45,104 bases of DNA, from the IMG/VR virus record IMGVR_UViG_3300028591_000032, positions 1 to 45,104 of that record. The stretch is one strand, 5' to 3'. Of this stretch, positions 8,728 through 17,251 are shown piece after piece. This DNA is from a virus. Positions within the stretch are counted from its first letter, which is position 1. The number at the start of each line of letters is the position of its first letter. The position numbers were made by a program, and so were the translations under genes. Below the pieces are notes generated by a model, which was given only the letters and a program-made list of their open reading frames with translations, did no database searches and was not told the origin of the DNA.

Positions 8728-9365
8728 GCTCCCTCTCCTTTCAGTCTGTGCAGCACCGCCGCCAGCTCCGCCCGCGTCACGGGCCTGTCCGGCTGCCATG
8801 TGCCGTCCTCGTAGCCTGTCATGAGGCCCTTGTCCATGGCCCAGCGGATGTGTTCTTCAGCCCAGTGGCCTTCATAGTCCGTCTTAGGCTCGTCTTTGTA
8901 CATTGGTCTCACCACCCCCACGATATTGCGATATAGTCGCGTTTTGTACGCCACGCAGCCCCCGTTGTCCTGGCTGCCCACGTTGTAGCTGTACGATGTG
9001 TTCCCCTCGATGGTGCTCACCCATCCGTCTCCCGTGCCGAGAATGAGACCGCAGTGTTCAGGATCCTTTCCGCCGTAGAAGTTCAGCAGTACGATATCCC
9101 CCGGCCGCGCCTCGCTCACCGGCACCGTCTGTCCCTGGGCCCGGTACCAGCTGTACAGCACGCCGCAGGAGGCGGTCTTTCTTCCGCCGCAGAACAGCTC
9201 AGAAAGCCCCGCCGCCCGGAAGCACCACCAGAGGAAGATGACGCACCAGGGTACTCCGTCCCATCCGTATGCCGCGCCGTACTTCGTCCTGTTGGAGCCG
9301 GGCGGGGATTCGGTGCCGCCCACCTCCGCCCGTGCCGTTTCGATCAGTCTGTCGATGCACTTCAT
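8724..9365 (-). CDS. Endolysin: N-terminal CHAP amidase/peptidase plus a C-terminal SLH cell-wall-binding domain
   Basis: CHAP Cys context GVPWCVIFLWWCF and His context EHCGLIL. SLH-like HWAEEHIRWAMDKGLMTGYEDGTWQPDRPVTRAELAAVLHRL. Confidence 0.8.
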   Translation of the reverse strand: MKCIDRLIETARAEVGGTESPPGSNRTKYGAAYGWDGVPWCVIFLWWCFRAAGLSELFCGGRKTASCGVLYSWYRAQGQTVPVSEARPGDIVLLNFYGGKDPEHCGLILGTGDGWVSTIEGNTSYSYNVGSQDNGGCVAYKTRLYRNIVGVVRPMYKDEPKTDYEGHWAEEHIRWAMDKGLMTGYEDGTWQPDRPVTRAELAAVLHRLKGEGA

Positions 9366-9366
9366 C

Positions 9367-9918
9367 TTACGCCTCCTCGATCAGAGGCTCCGCGACAGTC
9401 CACAGGTCCGCCGCCGTGACGCCGTACTCGCCCAGGCTTCCTGGCACCTTTTCCATTGGCTTGGTGCAGATCTCCCGAACCAGATCAAGATCCATCGGCC
9501 CGACGGAGCAGTGGATGACACTCTGGCACCAGCCCTTGACCGTTGTGGCCCGCGCCCAGCTCAGTACCTTCCGCCCGTCCAGCAGAACGTCGTTTTCGTC
9601 CTGACTCAGCTCGCCCATGCCTGTCAGCCGCGCCGCCATGCGCTCCACGATCTCCGGGGCCAGGTCGGAATCCCCCCAGGTGGTGATGCAGATGCTCAGG
9701 TCTCCCGGCATGTTGACGATGCTGCCGCCCATGTACTCCCCCTGCCCCACAGACAGCCCATGCCGCGCACAGGCGTCCAAGTCCAGCGTGGGGAGCTGCC
9801 CGGTCCATACGCTCCGGTCCGGACTGATGTGGTACACACACCCCGCCCACCCAAGAGCCCGGAAGCTGTGGGCATACTCCGCAAATTCTGCGGCGGTCTC
9901 CGCTTGATAGATGGTCAT
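9367..9918 (-). CDS. 183-aa protein with degenerate similarity to the lipoate/biotin protein-ligase (LplA/BPL) catalytic fold
   Basis: ATG follows TAAGGAGG. The blocks GLSVGQGEYMGGSIVNMPGDLSICI and LLDGRKVLSWARATT...VIHCSVGPMDLDLV resemble the RRxSGGGAVyHDxGNL and GrKisGsA...HgTll blocks of LplA. This comparison is from memory only. Confidence 0.35.
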   Translation of the reverse strand: MTIYQAETAAEFAEYAHSFRALGWAGCVYHISPDRSVWTGQLPTLDLDACARHGLSVGQGEYMGGSIVNMPGDLSICITTWGDSDLAPEIVERMAARLTGMGELSQDENDVLLDGRKVLSWARATTVKGWCQSVIHCSVGPMDLDLVREICTKPMEKVPGSLGEYGVTAADLWTVAEPLIEEA

Positions 9919-9930
9919 GCGCTCGCCTCC

Positions 9931-11160
9931 TTATGTCGGTATGGCCTGGATGTACGCGCTTCGGGCGCTCCAGCCGCTCGCCGCCTGGTACGCCGCCACA
10001 GAGGCGGAGGGAACATATATGGCACAGTCAGCGGGAACGTTGCTGAGTGCACCCGACCCAAGTGTCGGCGGCATTGAATTCAGGCAGTAGAGTTCCGTCA
10101 GGCCGCTGCAGCCGTAGAACGCATTGCTTCCGATGCTCGTCACGCTCGACGGGATCGTCACGCCCGTCAGACTCGTGCAGCCGAAGAATGCGCTGCCCCC
10201 GATGCTCGTCACGCCCTCCGGGATCGTCACGCTCGTCAGACTCGTGCAGCCGTAGAACGCATAGGCCCCAATGCTCGTCACGCTCGACGGGATATTAAGT
10301 GCAGTCACCGTCGTTCCGTTGAGGTATAATGTGTGCACCAAAGTAGTTGGGTTGCTATAGGCATCGAAAAAGCTGATCCCGCACCAGGCGGCTATATCTG
10401 TGATATGCACGCCCGTAAGCCCCGTGCAGCCGTAGAACGCATTGCTTCCGATGCTCGTCACGCCCTCCGGGATCGTCACGCTCGTCAGACTCGTGCAGCC
10501 GGAGAACGCGCCGCCCCCGATGCTCGTCACGCTCTCCGGGATCGTCACGCTCGTCAGACTCGTGCAGCTGGCGAACGCGCTGCCCCCGATGCTCGTCACG
10601 CCCTCCAGGATCGTCACGCCCGTCAGACTCGTGCAGCCGAAGAATGCGCTGCCCCCGATGCTCGTCACGCCCTCCGGGATCGTCACGCTCGTCAGACTCG
10701 TGCAGCCGTAGAACGAGTATTGTACATCCAGCCGCATCCCATCACCGAAGCGCACGCCTGTCAGGGTAGGATACGTCCCGCTCTTGCCGCCCTGACCGCA
10801 CAGGCCGTAGTTGGTGGTGCTGCTTCCGGAGGTGATCGCCGCGCCGGGGCTCCAGGTCTCCCCGTCCGCGCAGGCGATGCGTACAATGTAATCCCCCGCC
10901 TCGGCGTAGGTGTGACTCAGGCTCGCCGCCAGATCGCTGGGGCTTTCTGTGGCGCTGCCGTCCCCCCAGTCTACCGTCACGGCGTTGGCCGCGCTCTGCG
11001 TCAGATACAGGGGCTGGGTGAGGTTGGAGGTCAGGTTGAAGTCCAGTTGACTGTCCGTACTCCCGGGCCACACCTCCACCCCGTTGTACCGCACACGCTG
11101 GTTGGGCGATCCGTTGTAGTTGACGTGCTGGACGGGTGTCCCGTTGTATTTCAGTGCCAT
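9931..11160 (-). CDS. BspA-type leucine-rich-repeat (LRR_5) receptor-binding/fibre protein, 409 aa
   Basis: Tandem 23-aa units of the form CTSLTSVTIPEGVTSIGGSAFxG. The C-terminus IYVPSASVAAYQAASGWSARSAYIQAIPT is shared with the second LRR gene. Confidence 0.75.
   Translation of the reverse strand: MALKYNGTPVQHVNYNGSPNQRVRYNGVEVWPGSTDSQLDFNLTSNLTQPLYLTQSAANAVTVDWGDGSATESPSDLAASLSHTYAEAGDYIVRIACADGETWSPGAAITSGSSTTNYGLCGQGGKSGTYPTLTGVRFGDGMRLDVQYSFYGCTSLTSVTIPEGVTSIGGSAFFGCTSLTGVTILEGVTSIGGSAFASCTSLTSVTIPESVTSIGGGAFSGCTSLTSVTIPEGVTSIGSNAFYGCTGLTGVHITDIAAWCGISFFDAYSNPTTLVHTLYLNGTTVTALNIPSSVTSIGAYAFYGCTSLTSVTIPEGVTSIGGSAFFGCTSLTGVTIPSSVTSIGSNAFYGCSGLTELYCLNSMPPTLGSGALSNVPADCAIYVPSASVAAYQAASGWSARSAYIQAIPT
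10085..10712. repeat. Two blocks of about 69-bp tandem repeats encoding the LRR units (about 10085-10300 and about 10400-10712)
   Basis: The unit gatgctcgtcacgccctccgggatcgtcacgctcgtcagactcgtgcagcc... recurs with a 69-bp period. Confidence 0.85.
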
Positions 11161-11169
11161 GGCGTCACC

Positions 11170-11679
11170 TCAGTTATTTATATCCAGGGTGCCTGTGCCG
11201 CTGTCGAATTGCATGGAGTATGTGGAGAGGGGGATGACATACAGTGCGGCATATTCCTCGTAGGTCATTTCTCCGGTATCCGGGTCTTGCGTTTCGTCCA
11301 TGATGTGTGTGACCTGTACCAAACTCGCACTGTTATCAAAAAGAACGTCCGTATATACTACACGGCCAAACTGTGCCGCCCTGACGGTGGGGGCCAGAGT
11401 GCCCGGAATGCCATTCAATGTCAGCGTCCCCAGCACCTCCCGCCCCGCCGCCTGTGCCGCCGCGATCTGCGCCAGAGTGTGGCTGTAGGAAAGTGGGTAG
11501 ATGTTGCCCGTCGGCGCTCCACTGATGGTATACTTCACCACCAGGGGGGACTTGTCCGCCGCCACCCATTTGCCGTCCTCCACCGTCAGGACTTTGCCGT
11601 TGTCCGCGCTGGAAACGGGGGGCAGGCCGCCGCCGCGGCTCTTCGCGCCCATGGCGTAGCTCACGGGATCAAAGCTCAT
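11170..11679 (-). CDS. 169-aa hypothetical protein in the fibre module
   Basis: The ORF is translationally coupled to its neighbours and has ordinary composition. I recognise no motif. Confidence 0.6.
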   Translation of the reverse strand: MSFDPVSYAMGAKSRGGGLPPVSSADNGKVLTVEDGKWVAADKSPLVVKYTISGAPTGNIYPLSYSHTLAQIAAAQAAGREVLGTLTLNGIPGTLAPTVRAAQFGRVVYTDVLFDNSASLVQVTHIMDETQDPDTGEMTYEEYAALYVIPLSTYSMQFDSGTGTLDINN

Positions 11680-11864
11680 GCTTCGCCTCCGAATTCCCGC
11701 CAGGTCGCCCCGGCCTCGTCGTAGAAATAGACCTTCCCGCTGTCCATTTCGATGAGACAGCTCCCGTTCAGGATGCCCTGGGTGGGCTTGGTATCCGTGG
11801 AGAGGCAGGCCCCCTCCACATACTTCCCCCCGCCCGTGTACCGGATCTTGTTGTAGCTCAGCAT
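11676..11864 (-). CDS. 62-aa hypothetical protein in the fibre module
   Basis: The ATGA-type overlap with the downstream gene suggests coupling. The sequence is MLSYNKIRYTGGGKYVEGACL... Confidence 0.5.
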   Translation of the reverse strand: MLSYNKIRYTGGGKYVEGACLSTDTKPTQGILNGSCLIEMDSGKVYFYDEAGATWREFGGEA

Positions 11865-11874
11865 AGTTTCCTCC

Positions 11875-12558
11875 TTATGTCGGTATGGCCTGGATGTACG
11901 CGCTCCGGGCGCTCCAGCCCGCAGCGGCCTTGTATGCGCTGACGGACGCCGCCGGAACGTAGATGGCGCAGTTGGATGGAACGCCGGTAAAGGTCGTGGA
12001 ATCAGCCGCCGGGGGATTCGCCGCCGGGATCGTGATGCTTGTGAGTCTGCTGCACCCGTTGAACGTGCCGGAAGCCCCGCCGATCAGATATTGCGACAAG
12101 GTCACGGCGGCGAGGTACTCACACCCGGAGAACAGGTTCTTGCCGAAAACGTATGTGGATGGCGCAAAGGTCACGGCGGTCAAGCTCACGCAGTCCTCAA
12201 AAACGCCCCCGCCTTCAAAGGTATAAGAATCGAGGCCAAAGCTTTGGACGGTTTCCGGCACCGTCATTTGACGCAGGGAGCGGCAGCCGTAAAACGCTCG
12301 GTATCCCACGGCGGTGACGCTTTGCGGTATCGCTGCGCTTCTCAGATTTCTGCAGTAGGCGAAAGCATAGGAGCCGATTTGGGCCGCCCCGTCAAAGTCC
12401 TCCGCCGTAAGGGTGACGATGCTCCGGTCCACCAGATTCCGCATGAGCCCGGCGGGGGAGAAGGTCACGCTCCCCGTGGGGGTCCTGAGGCGCACCGCCT
12501 CCACGTCCGGGATGGTGTGGTCCAGATCATCGGGACCCTTCAGAACGATGCTCGGCAT
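11875..12558 (-). CDS. Second BspA-type LRR receptor-binding/fibre protein, 227 aa
   Basis: LRR_5-like units (YAFAYCRNLRSAAIPQSVTAVGYRAFYGCRSL). The C-terminus YVPAASVSAYKAAAGWSARSAYIQAIPT matches gene 9931..11160. Confidence 0.7.
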   Translation of the reverse strand: MPSIVLKGPDDLDHTIPDVEAVRLRTPTGSVTFSPAGLMRNLVDRSIVTLTAEDFDGAAQIGSYAFAYCRNLRSAAIPQSVTAVGYRAFYGCRSLRQMTVPETVQSFGLDSYTFEGGGVFEDCVSLTAVTFAPSTYVFGKNLFSGCEYLAAVTLSQYLIGGASGTFNGCSRLTSITIPAANPPAADSTTFTGVPSNCAIYVPAASVSAYKAAAGWSARSAYIQAIPT

Positions 12559-12673
12559 TCTTTTCCTCCCCCAGGAGCGCCGCCAGGTTCAGGCTGCACT
12601 GGCTTAGCTCCACCCGCACCTTCACGGCCACGGTCTTCCCCTCCTCCAGGGCCTTTCTCTGGTTCTCGTCCAT
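12527..12673 (-). CDS. Possible 48-aa ORF (below the track cutoff)
   Basis: ATG 12673 lies between two genes, and the ORF overlaps the next start by 32 nt. The sequence is MDENQRKALEEGKTVAVKVRVEL... The SD is weak. Confidence 0.3.
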   Translation of the reverse strand: MDENQRKALEEGKTVAVKVRVELSQCSLNLAALLGEEKNAEHRSEGSR

Positions 12674-12678
12674 GGCCG

Positions 12679-13263
12679 TCACCCCAGGGTGATCTCAAAG
12701 GCGTCCCGCAGCAGCACGGGCACCCGGTCCTTCCCCACGGTGACGCTGCTCTCCAGAGGCCCGAAGAAGATGGGGCTGCCGCCCGTGGGGGTGTCGAAGA
12801 TCCCGAAGTGGGTGATGGGGGCGTCGTACCCCGCGTGGGCCTCGTCGCTCTTCCCCGTGTAGGGAAACATGATGACCTCCGTGTGGTTCCGGATGCGCCC
12901 CACCTTCTTGGTGACCGTGCTGCTTGGGGTCGTGTCCGAAACGCTGTCATAGATGCCGATCTTCCGGTCCACATAATCCACGGCGCTCAGGAGCTTGTTT
13001 CCCTCCAGCCCCAGGGCCGTCAGCTCCACCCGGTGGTAGCTCCCCTCCTCCCCGGTACCGCCGCAGACGGGCTCCGCGTAGCTGCTCACGTTCCCGTAAG
13101 CGTCCACCGCCGGCGCGGCGGTGAAGAAGGCGAGATATACCCGCGTGGGAAAAAAGTTCGCGGTGGTGGGGTTGTTCTTCTCCCCCGCCGTGCCGCTCTT
13201 GTAGGTCCATTCCCTGTTCAGCAGCCCCGTCAGAATGTTGGCCGCCCAGGTCCCGCTCAGCAT
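12679..13263 (-). CDS. 194-aa conserved virion structural protein (a family often annotated as minor tail or fibre-associated)
   Basis: The pattern VYLAFFTAAP...SYHRVEL...ITHFGIFDTPTGGSPIFFGPL...FEITLG matches a widespread phage structural family as I remember it. Confidence 0.6.
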   Translation of the reverse strand: MLSGTWAANILTGLLNREWTYKSGTAGEKNNPTTANFFPTRVYLAFFTAAPAVDAYGNVSSYAEPVCGGTGEEGSYHRVELTALGLEGNKLLSAVDYVDRKIGIYDSVSDTTPSSTVTKKVGRIRNHTEVIMFPYTGKSDEAHAGYDAPITHFGIFDTPTGGSPIFFGPLESSVTVGKDRVPVLLRDAFEITLG

Positions 13264-13276
13264 GTGTATTCCTCCT

Positions 13277-13939
13277 TTAGTTCAGCTCCAGGATCCTCCC
13301 GTCCAGGCCGCAGTCAAAGGACTGGAGGATCATCCAGGCGTCTCCGTCCCGGTAGATCCACCGGGGCCAGGTGGAGGCGCTCAGGCGCTGCCCCTGGTCC
13401 CCCCCGCCTCCCTGCCCGGGTCCGGCGAGAGGGGCCTTCCCCGGGGGAAGGGCGGTCACGCTCTGTCCTCCGTGCCAGTCCCCGGGTGTGGGAAAGCCCG
13501 GGTCCACGCTCTGCCCCGGGGGACTGTACGCCTCCCCGGGGCTTTCCCGGGCGAAGATCAGGTCCTCCGGGATGGCCGCGCCCGCGGTCTCCGGGGAAAG
13601 GGCCTCCCCCCGCTCCGTCTCCCAGAGCCGCTGCTTCTCCGGCTCCGGTATCTCCGCTCCGGAAAGGCCGGGGCAAGCCCTGCCCCCGTCCCCTTCTCCC
13701 CCGCCGCTGACTGCGCCGGGGATCGCCGGGGAGGGATGGGCCCGTCCCAGGCTCCCCCCGTCCGTGGCGCCGCGCCCGGAGACGCGCCCCGCCAGGGCCG
13801 TGTGTCCCCGGAGGATATCCATGGCGTCCTGGGGGGATACCAGGTATACCCGCAGCCGGAAGGTGCCCGTGTCCACGGGCCTGTCCCCCAGATACGCCTG
13901 CACCCCCCGCTGCCCGTAGTAGATCCGCCGGAGCCTCAT
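13277..13939 (-). CDS. 220-aa structural-module protein with a Gly/Pro-rich centre
   Basis: ATG 13939 overlaps the upstream stop (ATGA). The ordered ends are MRLRRIYYGQRGVQAYLGDRPV... and ...WPRWIYRDGDAWMILQSFDCGLDGRILELN. Confidence 0.55.
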   Translation of the reverse strand: MRLRRIYYGQRGVQAYLGDRPVDTGTFRLRVYLVSPQDAMDILRGHTALAGRVSGRGATDGGSLGRAHPSPAIPGAVSGGGEGDGGRACPGLSGAEIPEPEKQRLWETERGEALSPETAGAAIPEDLIFARESPGEAYSPPGQSVDPGFPTPGDWHGGQSVTALPPGKAPLAGPGQGGGGDQGQRLSASTWPRWIYRDGDAWMILQSFDCGLDGRILELN

Positions 13940-14358
13940 TCGTCCTCCTCGTATACCAGGTACAGCCGGTGGGGGTCCAGGGTCCCGGCGTCCAGCAGGG
14001 CGTCGTATTCCTCCTGGGTGAGCAGGGTGGCGGGGATGAGACTGCCGTCGCCCCCCAGCACCTTGGGGAGCAGGTCGTATACGCCCCCGGACCCGGCGGC
14101 GTTGCCGCTGCCGGAGGTGGGCACGGGGTCCACCTCCGCATCCTTCCCCTGCAGGGACTCCAGCCACTCCTCCTCCGTGCCGGTATAGCCGTGCTTCACG
14201 GCGATGGCGTAGGCGGTGATGTAGTAGGGCGGGTCCTCGTATGCCCCGTCCCCGGTCTCCTCCCGCCGGGCCGCCCCGATCTGCCTAACCGCGTTGAGCC
14301 ATGGGGTATCCGCGTCAGAGGAAGCCCCGATCTTCTCCAGCGCCTCCTCCCAGCTCAT
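13936..14358 (-). CDS. 140-aa fibre-like structural protein
   Basis: The motif YAIAVKHGYTGTEEEWLESLQG is common at the N-termini of phage fibres. A C-terminal LLTQEEYDALLDAGTLDPHRLYLVYE is also present. Confidence 0.55.
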   Translation of the reverse strand: MSWEEALEKIGASSDADTPWLNAVRQIGAARREETGDGAYEDPPYYITAYAIAVKHGYTGTEEEWLESLQGKDAEVDPVPTSGSGNAAGSGGVYDLLPKVLGGDGSLIPATLLTQEEYDALLDAGTLDPHRLYLVYEEDE

Positions 14359-14729
14359 GCGCCGTCCTCCTCCACACGGTACCCCTGTACCGGGTCGTAC
14401 CGCTGGCAGAACCAGCAGACGAACTCCGTCCAGGCGGCGTTGAACATGGCGGTGTCGTTCTGGGCCTTGTCGTACTCCGCGTGGGCCAGATCGATCTGGC
14501 TGCGCAGGTACCAGGTGTACAGGTCGTCGTAGGGCGTCCCCACCAGCAGCTCCTTATCCAGGTCCGCCGCCGTGTAGTGATAGGTCTCCTCCGCCTCCGC
14601 CGGGGCCATGAGGAAGACCTCCAGGGCCAGCCGCCCCTCGATGTGGTTCAGCCACTGGAGCTTCACCGCCGTGCTGTAGGCGTTTGGCGCAAGCTCGTCC
14701 GCAAGGGAGATCGCCTGTGCTATGGTCAT
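14355..14729 (-). CDS. 124-aa head-tail connector/head completion candidate
   Basis: ATG 14729 follows GGAGGGAAGGAC. The track ORF 14355..15050 extends upstream in an Arg-rich junk frame. The gene lies directly after the capsid gene and contains KLQWLNHIEGRL. Confidence 0.55.
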   Translation of the reverse strand: MTIAQAISLADELAPNAYSTAVKLQWLNHIEGRLALEVFLMAPAEAEETYHYTAADLDKELLVGTPYDDLYTWYLRSQIDLAHAEYDKAQNDTAMFNAAWTEFVCWFCQRYDPVQGYRVEEDGA

Positions 14730-14794
14730 GTCCTTCCCTCCAAGCAGGGGAGGGCCGAAGCCCTCCCCACGGGTGAATCTCAGGTCGTGCCGCC

Positions 14795-15796
14795 TTACAG
14801 GCTGGAGCCGCCGGTGATGCCGCCCGCAGCGAATCCGCGCCAGTCGTGGACGCCCGCGGTATACCGGGCACGGCCCCGCCACACGTTGGCGTCCGTGTTC
14901 TCGTCGATGCTGCTCTTGATGGTGAGCGCAACGCGATCCAGCCAAATCAGGCTGCCGTACTCCTGGTTGTACCGGGAATCCATCAGGATCCAGGGTGCCT
15001 TGCCGCTGCCGATGAACTGGTTCAGGTAGTTCCAGACGATCACGTTCCACCGGCCCACCTGGTAGTTCCAGGCGTTGTTCGCGGACTCGGGGACCTTGTC
15101 GCTGCCGATGGCGGCGAAGACCGCCTCCTTGAGCTGGTACAGGTTCGGGATGATGATGGTATCCGGGGCCACGTCCAGGATCTCCCCGTTGTCCCCCCTG
15201 GTGTTCTGCATCACCGTCTCCAGTTTGCCCAGGGCGTCGCGGTCAAAGGCGTCCACATACTTGTTGCTCTGCGTTCCGCCCTTGACCTTGCTGGGGTGGT
15301 TGGTGGCGAACAGGGCCACGCCGTCCGCGCCGGTGAGGTCGATCTTGCCGCCCATGTAGGTGGTGCTGGTCTGACCCTGGGTGGCAGCGCCCAGCACGGC
15401 AGCGCCCAGCTTCTCGCGGCCGCGATAATAGGCGGTGAGGAACGCGGCGGGCCGCCTTCTCATGTCCATGAGCTGGCTGTCCTCGATCATCTTCTGGCTG
15501 ATGCGGAAGGAATCCTTCCATTCGATGGCCTCCAGGGTCTTGGAGTAGCCCTCCTGGAAACCGTCCGTGGGATACGCCCCGTTCTCCCCCACGGCCTGGA
15601 AGCCGTCCATGGCGGTCATACTGGTGTACTTTTCCGCCCAATGTGTGCTCTTGTCCTGGCGGAAGATGCTCTTGATGACGCTCTGCGCCTCGAACTGCTC
15701 CCCCCGCTTCTCCAGGAACATGCGGATGGGGGCCTGGCTCTTGCCGTAGATGCTGTCGTTGACGTTGCTGGCCTCAGAAAAAACGATACCTGCCAT
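14795..15796 (-). CDS. Major capsid protein (HK97-fold type inferred)
   Basis: 333 aa. It follows the scaffold and decoration-like genes. The ORF is strong, with typical composition (MAGIVFSEASNVNDSIYGKSQAPIRMFLEKRGEQF...). Confidence 0.75.
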   Translation of the reverse strand: MAGIVFSEASNVNDSIYGKSQAPIRMFLEKRGEQFEAQSVIKSIFRQDKSTHWAEKYTSMTAMDGFQAVGENGAYPTDGFQEGYSKTLEAIEWKDSFRISQKMIEDSQLMDMRRRPAAFLTAYYRGREKLGAAVLGAATQGQTSTTYMGGKIDLTGADGVALFATNHPSKVKGGTQSNKYVDAFDRDALGKLETVMQNTRGDNGEILDVAPDTIIIPNLYQLKEAVFAAIGSDKVPESANNAWNYQVGRWNVIVWNYLNQFIGSGKAPWILMDSRYNQEYGSLIWLDRVALTIKSSIDENTDANVWRGRARYTAGVHDWRGFAAGGITGGSSL

Positions 15797-15810
15797 GTTA
15801 TCTCACCTCC

Positions 15811-16206
15811 TTAAGGAAACCGGACGAGCACGCGGCTACCCACCGCGTCATCGTCCTTACTGATGATCTCCGCCACGCCGCTGGTGGTGGTGCCGGTGAC
15901 CTGGAGCGCGTCCGTGTGGATGGTCACCTTGGCGCCCACAGTCACGCCGCTCAGGCTGGCGGAGTTGGTAGTCTCGAAGATCTGATCCGGGAGGACCCGG
16001 GTCACGGGGATGATGGTCCCCGCGGTCACTGCGGCGTCGTAGTCCGCCATGCAGATGTATGTGGGCTTGGTGGTGCCGGTAGCCAGGGCCAGGTTGCCGC
16101 CGCTCTGCACCAGCGCCATGCCGATTTTGGGCGTGATGGCCCCAGCGGGGAGATACTCCCAGGGCTGGACCCGCCCATCCTCGTTGGAATGGGGAATGAA
16201 TCCCAT
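15811..16206 (-). CDS. 131-aa capsid-associated protein (decoration/cement candidate)
   Basis: It lies between the scaffold and capsid genes. The sequence is beta-rich and Thr/Gly/Val-rich. Confidence 0.5.
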   Translation of the reverse strand: MGFIPHSNEDGRVQPWEYLPAGAITPKIGMALVQSGGNLALATGTTKPTYICMADYDAAVTAGTIIPVTRVLPDQIFETTNSASLSGVTVGAKVTIHTDALQVTGTTTSGVAEIISKDDDAVGSRVLVRFP

Positions 16207-16242
16207 GCTTGTCTGCTCCCTTCCGGGGAGCGGTCCGCTCCC

Positions 16243-17019
16243 CTATCTCTTGACCTGCTTTAGGTCTCTGTTATAATGCTTGACGATCTCCGCCTCGGTG
16301 GCGTCCGGGTCGAACGCCCGGTACATCTCCATCACGCCGGCGGGTACGGATACGCTGCCGGTACCCCGGGACTGCGTCCCCTGCAGGTGGTCCTTGCTCG
16401 CGGCTTTGGCCTGCGCGGCCTCTGCGGCCCGCTTGCCCAGCCGGTCCTTCGCCGCCAGGGTATAGGCGTCCACAAAGTCCAGGCCCTTGCCCACATACTC
16501 CCGGAAGCGCTCTCCAACCTCGCTGTCGAGGATGGTCTTGAGGTCCGCCATCTCCGGATCCATCGCCCGGATCTGCGCCAGCTGCTGCTGGACTCTCGGG
16601 TCCGCCATGGGATCGGCCTTGGGCCGCATCTCCTCCCGGACGATGCGCCGCACGTCATCCGCGTTGCCCTGCCCGGCTGCCAGGCGCTCCTCGCTCTGGC
16701 TCCGCTCGTAGGCCTCCAGGGCCTCCACGGTATCCACCGGCTGCTGCGTTTTCGGGTCCTTCAGCCCCAGCCTGGCGATGGTGGCGCTCATTTCCGCCCG
16801 TGCCGCCCTCCGCCCGGCCTCCTCGGCCTCCCGGATCCTCCTGGCGTGGGCCTGCCTGGATCGCTCTTCCTGGCTCTGCTCCTGCTGCTCCCTGGCATTC
16901 TCTTCGCTCTCTTCGGCCTCTGCGGTCTCCTCGGCCTCTTCCGCGTCTTCCGCAGCCTCCGCAGCCTCTTCCGCAGGCTCCTCCTCCAGCTCCAGGATAT
17001 CGTTCAGATCGTATTCCAT
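16243..17019 (-). CDS. Scaffolding protein
   Basis: 258 aa. It has a strongly acidic N-terminus (EEEPAEEAAEAAEDAEEAEETAEAEESEE) and a helical, charged body. It lies upstream of the capsid gene. Confidence 0.7.
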   Translation of the reverse strand: MEYDLNDILELEEEPAEEAAEAAEDAEEAEETAEAEESEENAREQQEQSQEERSRQAHARRIREAEEAGRRAARAEMSATIARLGLKDPKTQQPVDTVEALEAYERSQSEERLAAGQGNADDVRRIVREEMRPKADPMADPRVQQQLAQIRAMDPEMADLKTILDSEVGERFREYVGKGLDFVDAYTLAAKDRLGKRAAEAAQAKAASKDHLQGTQSRGTGSVSVPAGVMEMYRAFDPDATEAEIVKHYNRDLKQVKR

Positions 17020-17053
17020 CGTATGCCTTTCTCCCCTTTTCCGCCGGGGCAGC

Positions 17054-17103
17054 GATCAGATTTTTCCGCGTTCAGTGCGATCAGATTTATTCGCGTTCAG
17101 TGC
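17054..17103. repeat. Tandem 25-bp direct repeat, two copies, intergenic
   Basis: gatcagatttttccgcgttcagtgc is followed directly by gatcagatttattcgcgttcagtgc. Confidence 0.85.
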
Positions 17104-17119
17104 GGCGGGTGTTCTCCGC

Positions 17120-17251
17120 TTACTTCTGGCGGAGATCGGTGCCCTTTTTGACGGTACCTTTGCCCTTCTTGGGCTGCCCCAGGTTGGGGGCCTTGACGAT
17201 CTGGGTACCGCCGTGGGTGATCTTGCCGGTATATGCGCCCTTGTCAGCCAT
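17120..17251 (-). CDS. 43-aa Lys/Gly-rich small protein (below the track cutoff)
   Basis: GGAGGAGATCAC precedes ATG 17251. The sequence is MADKGAYTGKITHGGTQIVKAPNLGQPKKGKGTVKKGTDLRQK. It lies between the portal and scaffold genes. Confidence 0.45.
   Translation of the reverse strand: MADKGAYTGKITHGGTQIVKAPNLGQPKKGKGTVKKGTDLRQK

Noticed and set aside
9926-12558. Diversity-generating retroelement acting on the fibre genes
   Set aside because: I recognise no reverse transcriptase ORF in the genome. The duplicated 50-bp segment is nearly identical and shows no adenine-specific mismatches.
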